Assembly (NCBI GenBank): GCA_028821475.1
Contig: JAPPGB010000171.1
Location: 12,727-76,726 of the forward strand
From: Spirochaetaceae bacterium
GTDB taxonomy: Bacteria > Spirochaetota > Spirochaetia > SZUA-6 > Bin103
Length of the DNA: 64,000 nt
Direction: 5' to 3'
Both the position numbers and the translations under genes were made by a program. Under the pieces are notes generated by a model that saw only the letters and a list, made by a program, of their open reading frames with translations, was not told where the DNA came from and made no database searches. The number at the start of each line of letters is the position of its first letter. Position 1 is the stretch's first letter. Positions 9,963 through 19,067 of this stretch are shown here, piece after piece.

Positions 9963-11579
9963 ATGCTTGTGAAAAGAATGCATCGTTTCGCCGCTGCCCT
10001 GCTGGCAGCGTGCTTGGTTCCCGCCGGACTGTCGTTTGCCGCGGGAGAGGTGGAATCTGGCGCCGAGGGGACCGACCGGCTATCCGCGATCGGGTTTCAC
10101 AACGCCGGATATCCGATCGTCGACACTCCACTCACGGTGGAGGCGATGATCCGCGGGGCCGCCCACGTGCACTACGAGTTTGACGACATGACGCTGATCG
10201 CGGATCTGCAGGAGCGCTCCAACATCGACCTCGTGTTCGAAACGGTGCCGGGCGCGCAGGTCGCGGAGAAGCGCAACCTGATCTTCGCCAGCCGCGAATA
10301 CCCGGACCTGATGCTCAACATGGGCGTGAGCGACCGCAACCTCTGGGGCGCCGCCCAGGCGGGCGACGTGTATGCGCTCGATGAGTTGATCGACGCCTAC
10401 GCGCCGAGCTGGAAGCAGGCGTTCGCCGAGCGGCCGATCGTGCGCAAGGCGATCACCCAGCCGGACGGCAAGATCTACAGCCTGCCCTACTACCGCGAGA
10501 TCCTCAACGACTACGGCATCCGCGACACCATGGCGATCAACGTCGACTGGCTGAACAAGATGGGCATCGACAAGCTGCCCGACACAACGGAGGAGTTCTA
10601 CCAGGCGCTGAAGGCGTTCCGCACCGGCATCGACGACGGCACCCTGCCGGAGAACGGCGTGCCGTGGCTGGGGCGCTTCCATTCCTGGGCCAACGGCGGC
10701 GAGTGGGAGCTGTACAACGCCTTCGGCCTGTGGATGAAGGGCCAGGGCGTCGGCGCCGAGAAGTACCTGTCGGTCAGTGACGGCGTGGTGGAATTCGGGG
10801 CAACCGATCCCCTGCTGAAGGACGCCGTGAAGTTCCTGCATCGTCTCTACTCCGAGAGCCTGATCACCGAAGAGTTCTTTACCAACCAGGGCTCCGACTT
10901 CACCCCGCGATCGCGCTCGGTGCCGCCGATCTCCGGCTACTGGGGCTCCTACTTCATCACCTCGCCGGTGGAAGAGTTCTACGATCCCCTGCCGCCGCTG
11001 ATGGGACCCACCGGCGTGCGCCGCTACCGCTCGCAGCCGGTGCGCCTGCAGAAGAACCAGTTCACGATCTTCACCAAGTTCGACTACCCGGAGGCGCTGG
11101 TGCGCTTCATCGATCCGTGGGCCGACGACACGTTCAGCGTCGAGGCCTCCTACGGCGGGCCGCTGATCCGGCAGGAGTCCGACGGCACCCGCACCGTGAC
11201 CGGCCGCGGCGTGGACTGGTTCGAGCACGGCCCGCACAACTTCTTCCCGACCTACGTGTCGAAGCGCGCCGCGGACAAGGTGAACTGGACAGGTGAGCAG
11301 GGCAACCGTGACCGCTACATCCGGGAGTTCTACGAACCGTACCTGTGGCCTCAGGAGCGCCACTTCGCCTACATCACCTATACCGACGAGGAGCAGGAAG
11401 AGCTGGCGGTGAGCAGTACCGAAATCGCCAACTACATCCAGACCTCGATCGCCAGGTGGATGGTGGACGGAGGGGTCGACGACGGCTGGGACGAGTACCT
11501 GAACGAGCTCGACCGGCTCGGTCTGGACAAGGTGATGGAGATTTTCCAGACCGCGTACGACCGCTTCCACGGCAACTAG
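9963..11579 (+). CDS. extracellular solute-binding protein, LplA-like (large family-1 SBP), lipoprotein/signal peptide
   Basis: 538 aa with a signal peptide (AALLAACLVPAGLSFAAG). The size and arrangement match the LplA-type SBPs that partner LplB/LplC. An AAGGAGG SD lies upstream; the true start is possibly the GTG/ATG at 9969/9978. Confidence 0.75.
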   Translation: MLVKRMHRFAAALLAACLVPAGLSFAAGEVESGAEGTDRLSAIGFHNAGYPIVDTPLTVEAMIRGAAHVHYEFDDMTLIADLQERSNIDLVFETVPGAQVAEKRNLIFASREYPDLMLNMGVSDRNLWGAAQAGDVYALDELIDAYAPSWKQAFAERPIVRKAITQPDGKIYSLPYYREILNDYGIRDTMAINVDWLNKMGIDKLPDTTEEFYQALKAFRTGIDDGTLPENGVPWLGRFHSWANGGEWELYNAFGLWMKGQGVGAEKYLSVSDGVVEFGATDPLLKDAVKFLHRLYSESLITEEFFTNQGSDFTPRSRSVPPISGYWGSYFITSPVEEFYDPLPPLMGPTGVRRYRSQPVRLQKNQFTIFTKFDYPEALVRFIDPWADDTFSVEASYGGPLIRQESDGTRTVTGRGVDWFEHGPHNFFPTYVSKRAADKVNWTGEQGNRDRYIREFYEPYLWPQERHFAYITYTDEEQEELAVSSTEIANYIQTSIARWMVDGGVDDGWDEYLNELDRLGLDKVMEIFQTAYDRFHGN

Positions 11580-11628
11580 CGACCGGAATCGCCGCGTCCG
11601 GCGGCCTTCGGTCCAAACCGGCCTAGGC

Positions 11629-11661
11629 TCGGAGTCTGCCGCATCGCGGCAGGCTCCGAGT
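11629..11661 (+). terminator. 15-bp-stem hairpin immediately downstream of SBP gene (attenuator/terminator-like, no T-tract)
   Basis: ctcggagtctgccgc-atc-gcggcaggctccgag is a near-perfect inverted repeat (1 mismatch), ~50 nt after the SBP stop and ~100 nt before iolE. Confidence 0.45.
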
Positions 11662-11759
11662 CCCCAACCGAGTCCCCAAGTCTGCCACCCGCGTGGTCCG
11701 TTTCCGGCACCGCGGCAAGCTTGCAGCGTGCCGCGGGCGGCGGTGTATGCTCCGCATCG

Positions 11760-12656
11760 ATGGCAGTGCAGCTTGGTATCGCACCGATTGCCTGGAGCAA
11801 CGACGACCTGCCGCAGCTTGGCGGCGACACCCCCCTGGAGACCTGCCTGCGGGAGAGCCGCATGGCGGGCTTCACCGGTGTCGAATCGGGCGGCAAGTTT
11901 CCCATGGACGCCGCCGCGCTCGGGGCGCAGCTCCGGGCGCATGACCTGAAGCTGGTTTCGGGCTGGTTTTCCGGGCGGTTGCTGGATGGATCGGTGGCGC
12001 GCGAGCGGGAGCGCATTGAGCAGCAGCTCGCCACCTTCCACGCGCTCGGCGCCCCGGTCCTGGTGTACGCGGAAACCACCGGCAGCGTGCAGGCGCGGCG
12101 GGACGTGCCGGTGAGCCGGCGCCCTGCCCTCGCCGACAGCGACTTTCCCGACTACGGGCGCGAGTTGACCGAGCTGGCCGACTACTTGGCCGAGCGTGGC
12201 GTGCCGATGACCTACCATCACCACATGGGAACGGTGATCGAAACCGAGCGCGAGGTGGACCTGCTGATGGCCCATACCGGGCCGGCGGTGGGCCTGCTGG
12301 TGGACACCGGCCACATGGTGTTCGCCGGCGGCGACCCGCTGGCCATGGCGCGGCGCCACGCGGCGCGCGTGAATCACGTGCACTGCAAGGACATCCGCGC
12401 CGGGGTGCTGGCCCGGGTGCGGGCCGAGGACATGAGCTTCCTCGACGCGGTGCTGGCCGGCGTGTTCACCGTGCCCGGCGACGGCAGCATCGACTTCCGG
12501 GCGGTGGCACGGCTGCTGGCGGAGATCGGCTATGCCGGGTGGGCCGTGGTGGAGGCGGAGCAGGATCCGGCCAAGGCCAACCCGCTGACCTACGCGCGCA
12601 TCGGCTACGCCGAGCTGACTGCCGCCCTGGCAGTGGCCGGCGTCGAGGTGCAGTGA
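11760..12656 (+). CDS. iolE: inosose dehydratase IolE (xylose-isomerase-like TIM barrel)
   Basis: Strong motif agreement with B. subtilis IolE (LGIAPIAWSNDDLP, YHHHMGTVIETE, VFTVPGDGSIDF, GWAVVEAEQDPAKANPL). The start was trimmed to MAVQLGIAP. Confidence 0.85.
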   Translation: MAVQLGIAPIAWSNDDLPQLGGDTPLETCLRESRMAGFTGVESGGKFPMDAAALGAQLRAHDLKLVSGWFSGRLLDGSVARERERIEQQLATFHALGAPVLVYAETTGSVQARRDVPVSRRPALADSDFPDYGRELTELADYLAERGVPMTYHHHMGTVIETEREVDLLMAHTGPAVGLLVDTGHMVFAGGDPLAMARRHAARVNHVHCKDIRAGVLARVRAEDMSFLDAVLAGVFTVPGDGSIDFRAVARLLAEIGYAGWAVVEAEQDPAKANPLTYARIGYAELTAALAVAGVEVQ

Positions 12657-12876
12657 CCGTGGCCCTCGCTTCGGAGCAGCGGAGAGGGGCGATGCACGGG
12701 CGCCGCCGGCAGGCCGGAAGACTCGCAGTGGCGTACCGCACCGGCGGTTTTGCCGGCGGGTTCGACCGGCGAGATCGTGCCGGAGGCCGCGACGTCCGCC
12801 TTGCCGCGGGGCTTGTCGGCCGGATTGCGCACGGTGGCGGCAGTGAGGGACGCGACCGGTCGGCTCGGTCTCGCGG

Positions 12877-13749
12877 ATGCGCGCTGGGCGCGGGATTGGC
12901 GTCGTGAACCGCCGGCTGAGCGGCAAGGTGGCGTTGGTCACCGGCGGCGCCCGTGGCCTGGGGCGCGGCTATGCGCTACGGCTGGCGGAACTGGGTGCCG
13001 ACGTGGCGATTCTCGACCGCAATCTCGACGCCGCCGGGGTGTACGAGTTCGAGCGCAACCAGATGACCGCCGCCACCGTCGAAGAGGAATGCGCGGCGCA
13101 CAGGGTCCGGGCGCTGGCACGCGAGGTCGACCTGGCCGACCGAACCGCCGCCGAGCGGGCGGTCGCCGCGGTGGCCGGCGAGTTGGGCGGCATCGACATC
13201 GCGGTGTGCAACGCCGGCGGGGGCACCACCCGGTTCGCCGACGAAGCGCCCGGCACCGGGGATGCTGACGGAGAGGCCGCGCCGGGGCGCACCGACGTGA
13301 ACACGCAGGCGACCGCGAGCGACTGCCCGGAAGAGGTGTTGACGCGGGTGCTGGAGATCAACCTGATGACCTGCATGTACACCTGCATGGCCGTGGTGCC
13401 GCATCTGAAGCGCCGCGGCGGCGGCAAGATCGTCACGGTGTCCAGCACCGCGGGGCTGGTGGCTTCAGGTGGCTACCATCCCTACGGCACCGCCAAGGCC
13501 GCCATTGTGCACTATACGCGGGCCCTGGCCCAGGAACTTGGCCCGCACGGCATCAACGTCAACTGCATTGCGCCCGGCATCATTCGCACCGGACGCCTTG
13601 GCGACCGGGCCCACCTCGCCCCGCGCATCCCGCTGCGCCGCGAAGGCACCATCGCGGATTGCGTGAAGGTGGTGGAGTTCCTGGTTACCGACCTGTCCGA
13701 CTACGTGACCGGTTGCACCATCCCGATCGATGGCGGCCTGTACCACTGA
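12877..13749 (+). CDS. SDR family NAD(P)-dependent oxidoreductase
   Basis: GKVALVTGGARGLGRGYALRLAELGADV cofactor motif, and VCNAGGG in place of the usual NNAG. Confidence 0.8.
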   Translation: MRAGRGIGVVNRRLSGKVALVTGGARGLGRGYALRLAELGADVAILDRNLDAAGVYEFERNQMTAATVEEECAAHRVRALAREVDLADRTAAERAVAAVAGELGGIDIAVCNAGGGTTRFADEAPGTGDADGEAAPGRTDVNTQATASDCPEEVLTRVLEINLMTCMYTCMAVVPHLKRRGGGKIVTVSSTAGLVASGGYHPYGTAKAAIVHYTRALAQELGPHGINVNCIAPGIIRTGRLGDRAHLAPRIPLRREGTIADCVKVVEFLVTDLSDYVTGCTIPIDGGLYH

Positions 13750-13824
13750 CGCCGCGGAGTGGCGGTTGGGCACTGACGCCGCGGAGTGGCGGTTGGGCAC
13801 TGACGCCGCGGAGTGGCGGTTGGG
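13744..13824. repeat. perfect 27-bp x3 tandem repeat (cactgacgccgcggagtggcggttggg) filling the convergent intergenic gap
   Basis: Three identical head-to-tail copies read directly from the sequence. Copy 1 contains the SDR stop codon. The TPP-enzyme stop lies 4 nt after copy 3. Confidence 0.9.
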
Positions 13825-13827
13825 CAG

Positions 13828-15570
13828 CTAACCAAGGGTCAGTGGGCTGGTCACGTCGCGGAAGGTGACGCGGCGAGACGTGACCACGTCGATGACCGTG
13901 GCGACCGGTGCGGCGAGCGCCTCCGCGAATGCGTCCGGCAGGTCGCCGGGAGACTCCACGCGTATTCCGTTGCAGCCCATCGCGCGCGCCACGTCGGCAA
14001 AGTTGGTGGGCGCGAACTCGCTGGCGATCACGCGCTCCTGCTGGCCGTGCTTGACCCAGCCGAGGGCGCTGTTGTTGAGCACCACCACCACGATCGGGAT
14101 GTTCTCGTCGCGCGCGGTCAGCAGGCCGTTCATCGCCATGCCGAAGCCGCCGTCGCCGGTCACCGCCAGCACCTGGCGGTCGGGGTACACCAGCTTGGCG
14201 GCCAGCGCGGCCGGGATGGCGTAACCCATCGCCCCGATGCCCGGCATGATCAGCGAGCCGGCGCTGCGGGTCTGGAAGAAGTGGGTCATGAACAGGCGGT
14301 TCTCGCCGGCGTCGCAGGTGATGAACGCGTCCTCGGCGGTGGCGTTGCAGATCTCCGTGAACAGACGCGGCGGCATCACCGGGCTCTCGTCGGAGTGGTA
14401 GTCGGGACCGCTGAAGAACGCCTGCTCGCGCCGGGTGGCGTCCAGTTCCGCCTTGCGTCGGGAGCGTGCCTCCTCCGACGGGGCGCCGGCCTCGGTGACC
14501 GCGTCGTGCAGTTGCGCCAGCACCAGGGCGGCGTCGCCGACGACGGTGTGATCGCAGGGGAACGACCAGGAGGCGTTCTTCGGCTCCACGTCCACCTGGA
14601 TGAGGGTCTGGCGGCGCGGATCGATCAGCTTCGGGTTCTCGTTGGCGGTGTCGGACGGGTTCAGGCGGGTGCCGACCGCCAAGACCAGGTCGGCCTCGCC
14701 CACGGTGACGTTGGCGGTGGCCTGCCCGAAGCTGCCCAGTACGCCGAGCGCAAGCTCGTGCGTCTCCGCGAACACGCTCTTGCCGGAGGCGGTGGTCGCG
14801 ACGGGAGCCGCCAGCAACTCGGCAAGGGCGGCCAGCTCGGCGTAGGCGCCGGCGATGCGCACGCCGTTGCCGGCCACGATCACGGGCCGCCGTGCGCCCA
14901 CCAGAGCCGCGGCCGCGGCCCGCACCTGCGCGTCGCCGCCGTGGGCCTTGGCCGGGAGATAGCGCCCGGTCGGGTACAGCGCCGGGCGGCTGTCCGGTCC
15001 TACCGTGCCGCCCAGGGCAGCGCTGTGGTAGATCACCCCTACCGGGCCGCGCTCGCCGCTGAGCGCGTGCTTGATGGCGAGTTGGGTGTTCTGCACCGCC
15101 TGCACGGCGTGGTAGGCCACCGTCGTGTACTTGGTGACCGCGGCGAGTGCGTTGCGCGTGTCGAACGAGCCGTAGTCGCCAGTGCCGCTCTGATACGGCG
15201 CGTGCTGCGAATAGGGCGCTTGGTCGGACAGGTCGGTCAACAACAGCATGGGGGAGCTGCCCATGTGTGCTTCGAGCGTGCCGAGCAGGGCGTTGGCGAG
15301 CATGAAGGCGCCCTGGCCGATGGCAACGCCCGGCTTGCCGGTCAGCCGGCCGTACACCTCGGCCATTACGCTCGCGAGCTGCTCGTGGCGCACCAGGACG
15401 GCGCGGATCGCCTCCTGGCGGTCGTACAGGGCATCGTACAGCCGCCCCATGTTGCCGCCGATGATGCCGAACACCATGTCGATTCCGGCGCTCTCGAGTG
15501 CGCGTACGATCCCCGCGCTCGCCGGTCCCTGTGCCGCCAGCAGCGGCTCCGTGGTTGCCATGGCGTACAT
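13828..15570 (-). CDS. thiamine-pyrophosphate-dependent enzyme (acetolactate synthase / IolD-like family)
   Basis: 580 aa with an N-terminal Pyr domain and a C-terminal TPP motif (VTGDGGFGMAMNGLLTARDENIPIVVVVLNNSALGW). It is adjacent to iolE. Confidence 0.75.
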   Translation of the reverse strand: MYAMATTEPLLAAQGPASAGIVRALESAGIDMVFGIIGGNMGRLYDALYDRQEAIRAVLVRHEQLASVMAEVYGRLTGKPGVAIGQGAFMLANALLGTLEAHMGSSPMLLLTDLSDQAPYSQHAPYQSGTGDYGSFDTRNALAAVTKYTTVAYHAVQAVQNTQLAIKHALSGERGPVGVIYHSAALGGTVGPDSRPALYPTGRYLPAKAHGGDAQVRAAAAALVGARRPVIVAGNGVRIAGAYAELAALAELLAAPVATTASGKSVFAETHELALGVLGSFGQATANVTVGEADLVLAVGTRLNPSDTANENPKLIDPRRQTLIQVDVEPKNASWSFPCDHTVVGDAALVLAQLHDAVTEAGAPSEEARSRRKAELDATRREQAFFSGPDYHSDESPVMPPRLFTEICNATAEDAFITCDAGENRLFMTHFFQTRSAGSLIMPGIGAMGYAIPAALAAKLVYPDRQVLAVTGDGGFGMAMNGLLTARDENIPIVVVVLNNSALGWVKHGQQERVIASEFAPTNFADVARAMGCNGIRVESPGDLPDAFAEALAAPVATVIDVVTSRRVTFRDVTSPLTLG

Positions 15571-15661
15571 CCTACAACAAACGCGCCGGTAGTTCCGGTT
15601 TGTTTCGCAGGTCGTTGCGGTGGACGCACGGCGGGACAGCGATTAGGATGCGCGTCCAGAT

Positions 15662-16642
15662 ATGAACGAAAAACCACGAATCGTCACCACGCTGCAGTTG
15701 GAGCCCGAGTTCGAGGCGCGGCTTGCCGCCGCCGGGGAGATCGTGTCGCTCGTGGGGGCGCCCCGCGAGCAGGTGCTGGAGGCGCTTCCGTCGGCGCAGG
15801 CGTTTCTCGGCTATTTCCGGGTCGATGACGAGTTTCTCGACGCCGGGCCGGATTTGCGCGTGGTCGCTACGTCGAGCGTGGGCTACGACTTCATCGACGT
15901 GGCGGCGGCGACCGCGCGTGGGGTCGCGGTATGCAACACGCCCGGCGTGCTGACGGCCGCCGTCGCGGATCTGACCGTAGCGCTGATCCTTATCCTGGCG
16001 CGCCGCCTGCTGGAGTTCGAGCGGTTCGCACGCAGCGGCGCCTGGGGCCGCCGCGAGCCGATGCCCGACCTGGCCCACGACATTGCCGGCAAGACGCTCG
16101 GCGTGGTCGGCTTCGGACGCATCGGGCGCGAGGTGACGCGGCGCATGCTGGCGCTGGGCATGAAGGCGGTGTGGTACGACATATTCGACAACCCGCCGGC
16201 CGACGCCCCGGTGGCGCCGCGCCGGCCACTCGACGACCTGCTGCGCGAGGCGGACTTCGTTTCGATCCACATGGACCTGAACGATTCGTCACGCCACCTG
16301 ATCGGGGCGCGCGAACTGTCCCTGATGCGGCGCGACGCCTACCTAGTCAACACGGCGCGCGGCGGCGTGGTGGACCAGGCGGCCCTGACGACGGCGCTGC
16401 AGGAGAACCGCATCGCCGGCGCCGGCCTCGACGTGCTGGCCCCGGAGCCGCCGGACCCGGACGATCCGATTCTCACGCTGCCCAACGTGGTGATCTTTCC
16501 GCACATGGCCACCGCGACCCACGAGACCCGCAAGGCGATGCGCGGCCTCGCCGTGGACAACGTGATCGCGGTGCTGGCCGGGCAGCGGCCCCAGGCCATC
16601 GTCAACCCGGAAGTGCTCAACCCGGAAGTGCTGGAGTCGTAG
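15662..16642 (+). CDS. D-isomer-specific 2-hydroxyacid dehydrogenase (glyoxylate/hydroxypyruvate reductase-like)
   Basis: GKTLGVVGFGRIGREV NAD motif, a catalytic region (NTARGGVVD...HMATAT), and C-terminal ...VLNPEVLNPEVLES. Confidence 0.85.
   Translation: MNEKPRIVTTLQLEPEFEARLAAAGEIVSLVGAPREQVLEALPSAQAFLGYFRVDDEFLDAGPDLRVVATSSVGYDFIDVAAATARGVAVCNTPGVLTAAVADLTVALILILARRLLEFERFARSGAWGRREPMPDLAHDIAGKTLGVVGFGRIGREVTRRMLALGMKAVWYDIFDNPPADAPVAPRRPLDDLLREADFVSIHMDLNDSSRHLIGARELSLMRRDAYLVNTARGGVVDQAALTTALQENRIAGAGLDVLAPEPPDPDDPILTLPNVVIFPHMATATHETRKAMRGLAVDNVIAVLAGQRPQAIVNPEVLNPEVLES
16603..16632 (+). repeat. in-frame 15-bp tandem duplication (aacccggaagtgctc x2) at 3' end of dehydrogenase gene
   Basis: Seen directly in the sequence; it encodes NPEVL-NPEVL. 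Confidence 0.85.
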
Positions 16643-16872
16643 GCCGCCCGAGCCGCAAGCGGCGCCGCCGGCGGGCCGTTGCGCGGCCGCAGCTGCGCTC
16701 CACGGGCGTCACCGCTGCCGCGCAAGGCGCGGGGCGTCCGCGATTGCCGGCGGGCGTGACGGCTTGTCGCCGGGCTTCCGAGCGCCGGGCGGCCTGTTCC
16801 GGCTGCTCAGCCTTTGCCGGGCACGCATAGGGGGCCTACTGCGGAGGCAGCGCGGTGCGTCGGGTCCCGCTA

Positions 16873-17664
16873 TCAGACCGGGACGCCGAGAACGTTGCGC
16901 AGTTGTGCGCCGGTGGTGCTCCAGTAGCCGCCGAGGATGCTGACGTCGGCGCCAATGGAGAAGTGGCGAACGCCCAGATCCAGGTACTTCTGCGCCAGGT
17001 CGGGGCTGCCGATCTCGGCGCGCGGGTGCACGCCGCACTCCAGCGAGCGCCGGAACACGAGGTCGTGGGCTTCCCGCACCTCGGGGTGGTCGCGCTCGCC
17101 GATGTGGCCGGTGTTCATCGAGTAGTCGGTGGCACCCCACTGCACCATGTCGAGGCCGGGAATGGCCAGAATCTCCTCCAGCTCGTCGACGGCGCCCTTC
17201 TTCTCGATCATCACCGCCACCACGATGTCGCGAATCGCCTGCACGTAGGCCGGGCTGCCGCCCGACCCCATCGGCACGTTGCGGCGCGCCGCCGCGCCGT
17301 ACAGGCCGCTGTCCTCCGGAGTGTCCGGACGGGCGACGCGCACGCACTCGCGCACGTCCTCGGCGGAACGGCAGTCGGTGAACAGCACCGCTTCGAAACC
17401 GGCGCCGATGCCGCGCTGGGCGAGGAACGCCTGGTGGCTCTGGTCGATCTTGATCATCGAGCCGAGTCCATACAGCTCGGCGGTGCGGCACACGTTGTCC
17501 AGGTCGTGCAGGTCGAACGAGCCGTACTCGGCGACGAACTCGACGTAGTCGAACTGGCGCGTCTGGCCGAGCACTTCCACACTCACCGGATCGGGGTTGA
17601 AGATGCGCGTACACACCGAAATCTCGTTGGTGTTCAGCTTGTTGCGCAGCGAATTGGTTCTCAC
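16873..17664 (-). CDS. HpcH/HpaI family 2-keto-3-deoxy-acid aldolase
   Basis: 263 aa. Motifs match class II HpcH/HpaI aldolases (VCTRIFNPDP..., SMIKIDQ, MIEKKGAVDELEEILAIPGLDMVQWG). Confidence 0.8.
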   Translation of the reverse strand: MRTNSLRNKLNTNEISVCTRIFNPDPVSVEVLGQTRQFDYVEFVAEYGSFDLHDLDNVCRTAELYGLGSMIKIDQSHQAFLAQRGIGAGFEAVLFTDCRSAEDVRECVRVARPDTPEDSGLYGAAARRNVPMGSGGSPAYVQAIRDIVVAVMIEKKGAVDELEEILAIPGLDMVQWGATDYSMNTGHIGERDHPEVREAHDLVFRRSLECGVHPRAEIGSPDLAQKYLDLGVRHFSIGADVSILGGYWSTTGAQLRNVLGVPV

Positions 17665-17735
17665 TCGAATCTCCTTGTCGAGGCGTAATCGATATCGAGG
17701 CCGCAGTGTAGCACGATTGGCCGCAGGCCGGCGGG

Positions 17736-18197
17736 CTAACCGTGCCGATAGTCCATCCCGTTGGTCCGGCGCTGGAATCCAAGCCCTTCGTAGAACGGCA
17801 CCACGTCGTCGGCGCAGTCGAGGATGGTCTTGTAGCAGCCCGCTTCCCGAGCCCGCTCCAGGAGATAGCGAACCAGCGCGCGTCCGATCCCCCTCCCCTG
17901 CTGTTCGACCGCCACCGCGACATCCTCGATGTGCCCCGCCCTGCCCGCCTGGTTGATGAACTTGTGCTCGACCAGCAGGGTTGCCGCGCCCACCACGCGG
18001 CCGCCGACCTCCGCCACCGCCACCACACAGTCCTGGTTGCGGTCCAGGCGCCGGAACACCTCCAGCGCCCGCTCCGGCGCCAGGTCGCTGGCCGGCCGCA
18101 ACGCATCCAGCGCCTCCAGGAACCCATTCCCCAGATCGTCCTCCCGCAACGTCCGCACCCTCACCGAAACTACGTCACGGGAGCTTGTATCCAACAT
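17736..18197 (-). CDS. GNAT family N-acetyltransferase (glucosamine-6-P N-acetyltransferase-like)
   Basis: Acetyl-CoA motif VAVAVEQQGRGIGRALVRYLLERAREAGCYKTILDC. The start was trimmed to MLDTSS. Confidence 0.75.
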   Translation of the reverse strand: MLDTSSRDVVSVRVRTLREDDLGNGFLEALDALRPASDLAPERALEVFRRLDRNQDCVVAVAEVGGRVVGAATLLVEHKFINQAGRAGHIEDVAVAVEQQGRGIGRALVRYLLERAREAGCYKTILDCADDVVPFYEGLGFQRRTNGMDYRHG

Positions 18198-18277
18198 CGC
18201 CTCCGGACATAATGACTGACACGGTTGAGTTGTACCACCACCGATGCCCCGCAGCATCGTCGAGCGAGTAGCGCCAC

Positions 18278-19063
18278 ATGAAAACTGTTGCCGGTGACGC
18301 CTCCCCCATAGTTGGCGTTGTCTCCCTGTCGGAGGCTGTTGGCAAAGTCACGGCACGTGCCGGTAAGAGCCTACCCGCTGGCGACAAGCTCGCCGAGTTC
18401 GTACGATGGTCGCAGGACCATCCAGCAAACGAGTGGGTGTTTCGAGGCCAGCGCAACAAGGAATGGCGGCTGCAACCGTCGGTCGGTAGGGACGGTTCGT
18501 ACAGCCTGGACTGGGAGCGCCTGCTGCTGGAGCAGTTTCGGAGACTGGCGGAGCCATACGTAAACTCAGCAGGAATGACCGACTGGGACTGGCTCGCGCT
18601 GGCGCAGCATCACGGCCTGCCCACGCGGCTTCTGGATTGGACGTCAAACTCGCTAGTAGCATGCTTCTTCGCGTGTCAGACGGCTCATTCGCAAGCGTGC
18701 GAGATGGATGGTCAGGTAATCGCGATTGAGACACGGTCGGTCGGCTTCTACGAGTCGAACGATCAGCAAGATATCGATCCACTCGAGATTGAAACCGCCA
18801 AGATGATCAGGCCGCGCGCACTCGCCGGGAGAATCGTCAACCAAAGAGGGTTGTTCAGCATCCACGCGCACCCCGATCGGTCCTGGGGAGTGCAGACGAA
18901 GGAGATCGACCTCGCACACTTCGATATCCCTAAGGAATTGAAGAAGTTACTGTTGCGCGGGCTCCACAACCTCGGGATTGATGACGCTCATGTGATGCCA
19001 GACCTGGACGGGCTGGCACGGACGTTGAAGTGGCAGTACGAGACTGGTACCCTACCTGGGTGA
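18278..19063 (+). CDS. FRG-domain protein (Pfam FRG-like; function unknown)
   Basis: Eponymous motifs are present (WVFRGQRNKEWRLQPSVGR and QHHGLPTRLLDWTSNSLVACFFA). 261 aa. The G+C is visibly lower than in flanking genes. Confidence 0.8.
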   Translation: MKTVAGDASPIVGVVSLSEAVGKVTARAGKSLPAGDKLAEFVRWSQDHPANEWVFRGQRNKEWRLQPSVGRDGSYSLDWERLLLEQFRRLAEPYVNSAGMTDWDWLALAQHHGLPTRLLDWTSNSLVACFFACQTAHSQACEMDGQVIAIETRSVGFYESNDQQDIDPLEIETAKMIRPRALAGRIVNQRGLFSIHAHPDRSWGVQTKEIDLAHFDIPKELKKLLLRGLHNLGIDDAHVMPDLDGLARTLKWQYETGTLPG

Positions 19064-19067
19064 AGCC

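Noticed and set aside
10080-12941. 953-aa minus-strand ORF spanning the SBP, iolE and SDR genes
   Set aside because: Opposite-strand shadow of three well-supported plus-strand genes. The same holds for 13813..15828(+), 26504..28054(-), 27963..29174(-), 34447..35763(+), 37730..39739(+), 42065..43285(+), 43395..45185(-), 47529..48890(+) and similar long high-G+C antisense frames.
13744-13824. Possibility that the 27-bp repeats are a CRISPR array
   Set aside because: The copies are contiguous with no spacers. There are only three units and no cas genes nearby.
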